From contig ONMH01000001.1 of assembly GCA_900318875.1 (NCBI GenBank), positions 4,177 to 68,176 of the forward strand: 64,000 nucleotides of DNA. The letters are read 5' to 3'. A program made the translations under genes and the position numbers. The notes beneath the pieces are model-generated. The model saw nothing but the letters and a program-made list of their open reading frames with translations, did not search any database and was not told the origin of the DNA. Below are positions 58,192 to 64,000 of this stretch, piece after piece; positions within the stretch are counted from its first letter, which is position 1, and every line of letters begins with the position of its first letter. Origin of the DNA: an uncultured Lachnospiraceae bacterium (GTDB lineage Bacteria; Bacillota; Clostridia; Lachnospirales; Lachnospiraceae).

Positions 58192-59295
58192 TTACGCGAT
58201 TCTTGCGGCGATGGCATCGCCCATGCCGCTGCAGGACACCTCTGTGAGGCCCTTTGCCTCCTCCGGGTCCCGGGGCATCAGGTCCTTTGAGCGAAAGCCG
58301 TCTGCAAGGGTCTTTCTGACCGCTGCCTCGATGGCAGCTGCCTCCTTCGTGAGGCCGAAGCTGTAGCGCAGCATCATCGCTGCGGAGAGGACGGTGGCGA
58401 TCGGGTTGGCGATGTTCTGCCCTGCGATGTCCGGTGCGGAGCCGTGACTCGGCTCGTAGAGGCCAAAGCTCGTCTCGTTCAGGGAGGCGGAGCTGAGCAT
58501 GCCGATGGAGCCCGTGATCATGGAGGCCTCATCCGAGAGAATGTCGCCGAACATGTTTTCCGTGAGGATCACATCGAACTGCTCCGGGTCCTTGACGAGC
58601 TGCATCGCGCAGTTGTCGACGAGCATGTCGCTGACCTCGACGTCCGGAAAGTCTTCTGCGACCTCGTGGACGACCTTGCGCCACAGGCGGGAGGTGTCGA
58701 GGACGTTTGCCTTGTCGACGCTCGTGACCTTCTTTCTTCTCTTCTGCGCGATCTCAAAGGCGGTCTTTGCGACGCGGCGGATCTCGTTCTCGTTGTACTT
58801 TAAGGTGTCGACTGCGGTCTCCACGCCGTCGATCGTCTTCGTCCAGCGCTCACCAAAGTAGAGGCCTCCGGTGAGCTCACGAACGATCACAAGGTCAAAC
58901 TTTCTTCCGCCCTCCTTTGCAGCGAGCGGGCAGGAGTCTGCAAGCTCCTGGAAGAGGTAGGCGGGGCGAAGGTTTGCGTAGAGGCCCAATGCCTTGCGGA
59001 TCGCAAGAAGGCCTGCCTCCGGGCGCTTCGAGGGCTCCAGTCTGTACCAGGGGGAGGTCTTTGCATCTCCGCCGATGGAGCCCATCAGGACAGCGGCCTT
59101 CTTCTTTGCGGTCTCCACGGTCTCCTCGGGGAGCGGGACGCCGAACCTGTCAATGGCGCATCCGCCCATGTACAGGTCTGTAAACGAAATGGTGTGGCCG
59201 TAGGTTCTGCACACGGCCTCCAGTACCTTCTTTGCCTCGGCCACAATTTCCGGGCCGATTCCGTCTCCGGGAATGCAGGCGATATCAATGTTCAT
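58192..59295 (-). CDS. leuB: 3-isopropylmalate dehydrogenase
   Basis: PGDGIGPE, RELTGG.YFG, VDKANVL, NMFGDILSD and EPSHGSAPDIAG motifs. Confidence 0.97.
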   Translation of the reverse strand: MNIDIACIPGDGIGPEIVAEAKKVLEAVCRTYGHTISFTDLYMGGCAIDRFGVPLPEETVETAKKKAAVLMGSIGGDAKTSPWYRLEPSKRPEAGLLAIRKALGLYANLRPAYLFQELADSCPLAAKEGGRKFDLVIVRELTGGLYFGERWTKTIDGVETAVDTLKYNENEIRRVAKTAFEIAQKRRKKVTSVDKANVLDTSRLWRKVVHEVAEDFPDVEVSDMLVDNCAMQLVKDPEQFDVILTENMFGDILSDEASMITGSIGMLSSASLNETSFGLYEPSHGSAPDIAGQNIANPIATVLSAAMMLRYSFGLTKEAAAIEAAVRKTLADGFRSKDLMPRDPEEAKGLTEVSCSGMGDAIAARIA

Positions 59296-59360
59296 ATGGT
59301 TCTTCCTCCTAAGCCGCGATGCGGTTTTGCGCAATGAGGCTTTCTTTTGGATTAACAAAC

Positions 59361-59392
59361 GCAATTCTATCCGAATTGCCCGGAGGATGCAA
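59361..59392 (-). promoter_or_regulatory. Sigma-A promoter of leuB-ilvD-ilvB with an overlapping palindromic operator (CodY-box-like)
   Basis: TTGCAT-17 bp-TAGAAT; the inverted repeat GCAATTC-N5-GAATTGC (59361-59379) overlaps the -10. Confidence 0.65.
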
Positions 59393-59450
59393 TTAAGATA
59401 TCGGAATCGTGCCCTTTGTCATACGGAAAAAGTATGATACGAAACAGGAC

Positions 59451-59496
59451 AAAAGAGAGCAGAATCCCTCCGCACCCGGAAGGCTCTGCTCTCTTT
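59451..59496 (-). terminator. Terminator after yajC
   Basis: 12-bp stem AAAGAGAGCAGA/TCTGCTCTCTTT. Confidence 0.7.
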
Positions 59497-59532
59497 CTGG
59501 ATTTGCCCTGAAAATCTGCCTGTTGTGACGGC

Positions 59533-59922
59533 TCACTTTGACTTCTTGTCGTCCTTTTTCTCGTCCTTCTTCTCCACAGCCTTGGTGTCCTCTGCAACAG
59601 CAGCGGCATCCTGGGGCTTCTCGATCTGGACGATGGCGCTCTTCTGCATCGGAATGCGGCAGTTCTTGTTGTTGCCGAACTCGACGATGACGGTGTCATC
59701 GGTGATGTCGATGACAATGCCGTAGAAGCCGGCGGTGGTCAGGACGGAATCGCCGACCTCGAGGGAGCTGAGCATCGTGTCCTTCTCCTTCTGCTCCTTT
59801 CTCTGGGGACGGATGAAGAAGAAGTAGAAGAATACGACGATGATCACAAGGTAGATGATCATCATCAGTCCGCCTCCGCTTGAGGAAGACGATGACGATA
59901 AGAGAAGTGCGTTCTGCAGCAT
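59533..59922 (-). CDS. yajC: Preprotein translocase subunit YajC
   Basis: TM helix, then RPQRK..K.....L..GD.V.T..G.YG; follows tgt. Confidence 0.95.
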   Translation of the reverse strand: MLQNALLLSSSSSSSGGGLMMIIYLVIIVVFFYFFFIRPQRKEQKEKDTMLSSLEVGDSVLTTAGFYGIVIDITDDTVIVEFGNNKNCRIPMQKSAIVQIEKPQDAAAVAEDTKAVEKKDEKKDDKKSK

Positions 59923-60026
59923 GGTTTATTATCCTCCGTTTTTTCAACAAACTATGCAAATGATACAACAAGGGAAGACATTTCACAAGTCAGTAGAAAG
60001 TTTGGATGTCCTCCGGTACCGGCTTT

Positions 60027-61190
60027 TTACTCCCTGTCCTCTGCATTTCCGGACACGGCTTCGAGCTTTTCCCGCTTGAAGGAGGCGAAGTTCCCGGTAT
60101 CAAGGGCGTCCCGGATCTCCTCCATCAGGTGGTTGTAGAAGTACAGGTTGTGCATGACGCAGAAGCGAAGGCCCAGGGCCTCGTCTGCCTTTAACAGGTG
60201 CCGGATGTAGGCCCTGGAGTACCCTGCGCGGCACACGGGGCACCCGCAGCCCTCCTCGATGGGACGGGGGTCCTTCTCGTAGCGCGCATTCCGGATATGC
60301 ACGGTCCCATGATTGGTGTACAGGTTTCCGTGCCGCCCGTTTCTCGAGGGATAGACGCAGTCAAAGAAGTCGATTCCCCTATCCACGCCCTCCAGGATGT
60401 TTGCGGGGGTGCCGACGCCCATGAGGTACGTGGGCTTGTCCTTGGGCAGGTGCGGCACGGTTTGGTCCAGGATGTCGTACATCTGCTCGTGGGTCTCGCC
60501 GACCGCAAGGCCGCCTACCGCATATCCGTCAAGGTCGAGTTCTGCGATCCTCTTTGCGTTGTCGATGCGGATTTCGGGGTAGATGGCGCCCTGGTTGATG
60601 CCGAACAGGAGCTGGTGGGGATTCACCGCATTCTCCTCGGCCTTGAACCTCTTCATGGCCTCCATACAGCGAAGGAGCCAGCGCTCCGTCCTTGCGACGG
60701 AGTTCTTCACATAGGCTTCCTCTGCGAGCGCCGGCGGGCACTCGTCAAAGGCCATCGCGATCGTGGATCCCAGGTTCGACTGAATCCGCATGCTCTCCTC
60801 CGGGCCCATGAAGATCTTCCTTCCGTCGATGTGGCAGTGGAAGGTGACGCCCTCCTCTTTGATGTTCCGAAGCTCTGCGAGGGAGAACACCTGGAAGCCG
60901 CCGGAGTCCGTGAGGATCGGGTGTGTCCAGTGCGTGAATTTGTGCAGTCCCCCGAGCTCCCGGATCGTCTCATCTCCGGTCCTGACGTGCAGGTGGTAGG
61001 TGTTGCAGAGCATGACCTGGGTCCGGATGGACTCCAGATCGCTCTGCGAGAGGCCTCCTTTTATGGCGCCGCAGGTTGCGACGTTCATAAAGACCGGCGT
61101 CTCGATCGTGCCGTGCACGGTCTTCAGTCTCCCTCTCTTTGCTCTTCCCTCTGTCTTTAACAGCGTGTATGCTGCATCTTCTCTGCTCAT
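60027..61190 (-). CDS. tgt: tRNA-guanine(34) transglycosylase
   Basis: TPVFM, NTYHL, LTDSGGFQVFSL, GGLAVGE, YLMGVG, FDCV.P and C.C..C...H zinc motifs. Confidence 0.97.
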   Translation of the reverse strand: MSREDAAYTLLKTEGRAKRGRLKTVHGTIETPVFMNVATCGAIKGGLSQSDLESIRTQVMLCNTYHLHVRTGDETIRELGGLHKFTHWTHPILTDSGGFQVFSLAELRNIKEEGVTFHCHIDGRKIFMGPEESMRIQSNLGSTIAMAFDECPPALAEEAYVKNSVARTERWLLRCMEAMKRFKAEENAVNPHQLLFGINQGAIYPEIRIDNAKRIAELDLDGYAVGGLAVGETHEQMYDILDQTVPHLPKDKPTYLMGVGTPANILEGVDRGIDFFDCVYPSRNGRHGNLYTNHGTVHIRNARYEKDPRPIEEGCGCPVCRAGYSRAYIRHLLKADEALGLRFCVMHNLYFYNHLMEEIRDALDTGNFASFKREKLEAVSGNAEDRE

Positions 61191-62341
61191 GATTCCTCGG
61201 ATTCTGTGGTGCCGGGTTCCTCTCCGGAGCCTGACTGTAAGTTTTTATAAAAGCTGCGGACGCTGTCCGCCTTCGCGGTCATGTTCAGGAGCATCGCATC
61301 GAGGATGACGAGCGCCGACATGGTCTCACACACGACGACGGCCCTGGGGACGACGCAGGGATCGTGCCGCCCGTGGATCGAGAGGGCCTTGGGCGTTCCG
61401 TCCGTCATGACCGTCTCCTGAGGCGAGGCGATGCTGGGGGTCGGCTTGAACGCTGTGCTGATCACGATGTCCGCTCCGTTGGAGATACCGCCCAGGATTC
61501 CGCCCGCGTGGTTGGTTCTCGTGCGGATGATTCCGTTCTCATCCGTGTAGAAGGCGTCGTTGTTCTGGGATCCGAAGTGGGAACCCGCAAACAGTCCGTC
61601 GCCGATGCCAACCTCCTTGGAGGCGTTGATGCTCATCATGGCCTCGGCAAGCTTGGCATCGAGCCTCCCGTAGACGGGGTCGCCGATGCCGGCGGGAACG
61701 CCGGAGATGACGCCCCGGACCATGCCGCCCACCGAGTCCTTGTTCTCCCTGCAGGACTGAATGAGGGCTTCTGCCTGTCTGCTCCCCTCTGCATCCGGCA
61801 TGTTCGTCGGGGTCGCATAGAGAAGATCCGGGGCAAAGTGTGCGGGATCCATCACGACATTTCCGATCGCTGCCGTGTAGAACCGGAACGAGATGCCAAG
61901 CTCCTTTAAGAACTTCTCCGCGATGGCGCCTGCTGCGACGCGGCAGGCCGTCTCCCTTGCAGAGGACCTTCCGCCGCCCCGGTAGTCCCTTATGCCGTAC
62001 TTCTCAAAGTAGCCAAAGTCCGCATGGCCCGGGCGAAAGCAGTCCGCAAGCTCCCGGTAGTCATTGGAGTGCTGGTCGCTGTTTGCGATGTACAGCGAGA
62101 TCGGGGTTCCCGTCGTCTTTCCGTCAAAGACCCCGGAGAGGATCTTTACGGTGTCCGACTCCTTTCTCTGGGTGGTGAGCTGCGACTGACCGGGTTTTCT
62201 CTTGTCGAGATAGACCTGGATGTCCTCCTCGCAAAGGTCCATTCCCGCCGGGAACCCGTCGAGGACGCACCCGATTGCGGGACCGTGGGACTCGCCCCAG
62301 GTCGTGAGGCGCAGGATATTTCCAAAGCTGTTGCCTGCCAT
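61187..62341 (-). CDS. aroC: Chorismate synthase
   Basis: GESHG, RPGHAD, GGGRSSARET, GGILGGIS, FKPTPS and GRHDPC motifs. Confidence 0.97.
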   Translation of the reverse strand: MAGNSFGNILRLTTWGESHGPAIGCVLDGFPAGMDLCEEDIQVYLDKRKPGQSQLTTQRKESDTVKILSGVFDGKTTGTPISLYIANSDQHSNDYRELADCFRPGHADFGYFEKYGIRDYRGGGRSSARETACRVAAGAIAEKFLKELGISFRFYTAAIGNVVMDPAHFAPDLLYATPTNMPDAEGSRQAEALIQSCRENKDSVGGMVRGVISGVPAGIGDPVYGRLDAKLAEAMMSINASKEVGIGDGLFAGSHFGSQNNDAFYTDENGIIRTRTNHAGGILGGISNGADIVISTAFKPTPSIASPQETVMTDGTPKALSIHGRHDPCVVPRAVVVCETMSALVILDAMLLNMTAKADSVRSFYKNLQSGSGEEPGTTESEES

Positions 62342-62391
62342 GGTGTCATTCCTTTCTTTTCTTCAGAGAGGCTTCCCACTCTTCTATCTGG

Positions 62392-63489
62392 TTAGGCCTT
62401 CGGGGAGAGCCTCTGGAAGATCACGCAGTTGGGCTGGTCGATGGGCATCTCCCTGCCGTGCATGATGAGAAGCCCCTTCTCGAGGTCCACGCGGAAGAAG
62501 GTCATCGTGTTGGACTCATGGTTTAGGGACACAAGGTGCCGGTTGTCCGGGAAGAGCGCGCAGTCCTTCGGGTAGTCGCCGGAGACCGGAAGGCACAGGA
62601 CCTTGGAAAGGAGCCCCGTCTTCTGGTCGATCTTAAAGATCACCACCGAGTTGTCGCCCGCGTTGGAGCTCACAAGGTACTGGAAGTCGAAGGAGAAGTT
62701 GAGGGCGGATGCCGCGGCATCGCTGCTGTGGTAGTTGTTCAGCGTCGAGACGGTCTGGAGCTTCTCGAAGTCCGGCTCCTCGTTCCTCACGCGGTAGCGG
62801 TAGACGTCGATCGTGTTCTTCATCTCGTTGACGATGTAGAGGAACTGCCCGTCCTTTGAGAACTTGAGGTGCCTTGGTGCGGACTCGAGGTCGCAGTGGA
62901 TGATGTCCACCTGACGGATTTTTCCGTTTGCGGAGTCAAAGCGGTAGACGTTCACGTGGTCTAGGCCAAGGTCAGCGGCGCACAGGAACCGGTTGTCCCG
63001 TGTCATCTTGACGCACTGCACGTGGGGGCGGAAGTTGCGCTCTGCGACAGAGCCCATGCCCCGGTGGAACACCTCGTCGGTGATCTCGCCGATGGAGCCG
63101 TCCTCGTTCAGCCGAAGGACCGTGATCTTGCCGTCGTGGTAGCCCGCGACGAACAGCCACCGGTCCGTGTAGTCCGTGGAGAGGTAGGAGCCGCGCATGC
63201 CATTGATGCCGTGTTTGTTCAGAAAGGTCAGATCTCCGTCCTCCCCGATGACATAGGACTCGACGCCCATGTCCGTGATGGAGTAGAGGTACTTCCGGTT
63301 GTGGGAGATGGTGACATAGGAGGAGTTTGTGATCTCCACCTGGTCCTTCTCGATAAAGCGTCCCTCCTCCATGTCCACGTCGTAGACGCGGATGCCGTAC
63401 TTCTCCCTGGACGCGGTCGTATAGCAGGAGACGTATGCGACGTAGCGGTCCTTTTTGGTTTCCTTTGCCTGTTCCTTCTTCTCTGCCAT
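62392..63489 (-). CDS. Lactonase family beta-propeller (6-phosphogluconolactonase-like)
   Basis: PH.H-like RPHVQC, ADLGLD, PRH..F, LY..NE, SNAGDNS and G.YP.D motifs. Confidence 0.85.
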   Translation of the reverse strand: MAEKKEQAKETKKDRYVAYVSCYTTASREKYGIRVYDVDMEEGRFIEKDQVEITNSSYVTISHNRKYLYSITDMGVESYVIGEDGDLTFLNKHGINGMRGSYLSTDYTDRWLFVAGYHDGKITVLRLNEDGSIGEITDEVFHRGMGSVAERNFRPHVQCVKMTRDNRFLCAADLGLDHVNVYRFDSANGKIRQVDIIHCDLESAPRHLKFSKDGQFLYIVNEMKNTIDVYRYRVRNEEPDFEKLQTVSTLNNYHSSDAAASALNFSFDFQYLVSSNAGDNSVVIFKIDQKTGLLSKVLCLPVSGDYPKDCALFPDNRHLVSLNHESNTMTFFRVDLEKGLLIMHGREMPIDQPNCVIFQRLSPKA

Positions 63490-63545
63490 TTTTACCTCCT
63501 GAGGTCTTATCGCCTTTGCCGGGTGTCTGTCATGGAAATGCTGGT

Positions 63546-64000
63546 TCAGGATTTTCCGATTTCATAAAAGTTCTTCACGCAGAAGGTGCCGTCCTTCCGG
63601 AGCTCCACATGGATGATGGTGCAGTTGGGGATGTGCATCTGCCAGATTTCGGAGAGCTTTAAGTACCCGAAGCTGACCAGCATGCACCGGATGGCGCAGC
63701 CGTGGGATCCGATGAGAACGCTCTTATCTTCTGTCTTTTTGAGGTCCTCATAAAAGCTCTGAAGGCGGGACAAAAGCTGCGGGAAGGTCTCTCCCCCGCC
63801 CTGCGGCACGTAGCGGTCCGGGTCTTTGAAGAGAAGCCCTGCGGCAGCGCTGTCTCTGTCAAAGGGCGTCCCGTCAATGGCGCCAAAGTCCATCTCCATG
63901 AGCCGGGGATCTTTGATGATCCTGTTGCCGGAGAGGAGGGAGACCGTCTCTGCCGTCTCCATGGCGCGGCAGAGGGGACTCGAGTAGACCCTGTCAAAGG
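63546..64000 (-). CDS. Histidine phosphatase (phosphoglycerate mutase-like) family protein, 5' end outside the window
   Basis: The frame reads FDRVYSSPLCRAMETA...L.E..FG...GGET...SHG and is open to the right edge. Confidence 0.85.
   Translation of the reverse strand, partial: FDRVYSSPLCRAMETAETVSLLSGNRIIKDPRLMEMDFGAIDGTPFDRDSAAAGLLFKDPDRYVPQGGGETFPQLLSRLQSFYEDLKKTEDKSVLIGSHGCAIRCMLVSFGYLKLSEIWQMHIPNCTIIHVELRKDGTFCVKNFYEIGKS

Noticed and set aside
1-64000. CRISPR arrays, IS elements, prophage, rRNA, T-box or other recognisable riboswitches
   Set aside because: I saw no regularly spaced repeats, transposase/integrase/phage proteins or diagnostic RNA motifs by eye. An Rfam scan was not run.
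1-64000. All genes lying on one strand
   Set aside because: This is the normal strong leading-strand bias of Bacillota chromosomes.

Overview
Core-chromosome segment of a high-GC Bacillota bacterium, most likely Lachnospiraceae (inferred from gene order and protein similarity). About 55 genes lie here and all are on the minus strand, consistent with leading-strand bias. In transcription order (right to left) the window holds: histidine phosphatase (partial), lactonase, aroC, tgt, yajC; leuB-ilvD-ilvB; an L,D-transpeptidase; serC-serA-DUF1015; tRNA-Thr(CGT); sstT; argH-asd; topB, a GlmU-like acyltransferase, a serine hydrolase, a membrane MutS-like ATPase, rnhA, dut and an orphan HTH gene; DUF3048, gltX, a UvrD helicase; DUF6398; a GlgX-like gene, DUF5662, a PD-(D/E)XK-like protein, pepT-miaB-mutS-mutL-miaA and a YnbB-like gene; mreBCD-pbp2-minC-rodA-mgsA-dac; a small P-loop protein; HlyD-like-yggS-sepF-aroB-lspA-rluD; a cmk-like gene and DUF4317 (partial). 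I found no CRISPR array, IS element, integrase or prophage. The main unusual signals are three. (1) Five apparent 35-70 nt internal deletions in conserved genes; two cause frameshifts (minC and the essential gltX) at inferred 4-nt microhomologies, and an assembly artefact is the most likely cause. (2) Several conserved proteins with altered catalytic motifs: MreB, MgsA and a GlgX paralogue. (3) Uncharacterised genes tightly coupled to known pathways: membrane MutS-like/rnhA/dut, serC-serA-DUF1015, and a nuclease-like gene upstream of mutSL. No clearly novel multi-gene system is proven. All homologue comparisons and deletion sizes come from recalled family sequences and need confirming by alignment.
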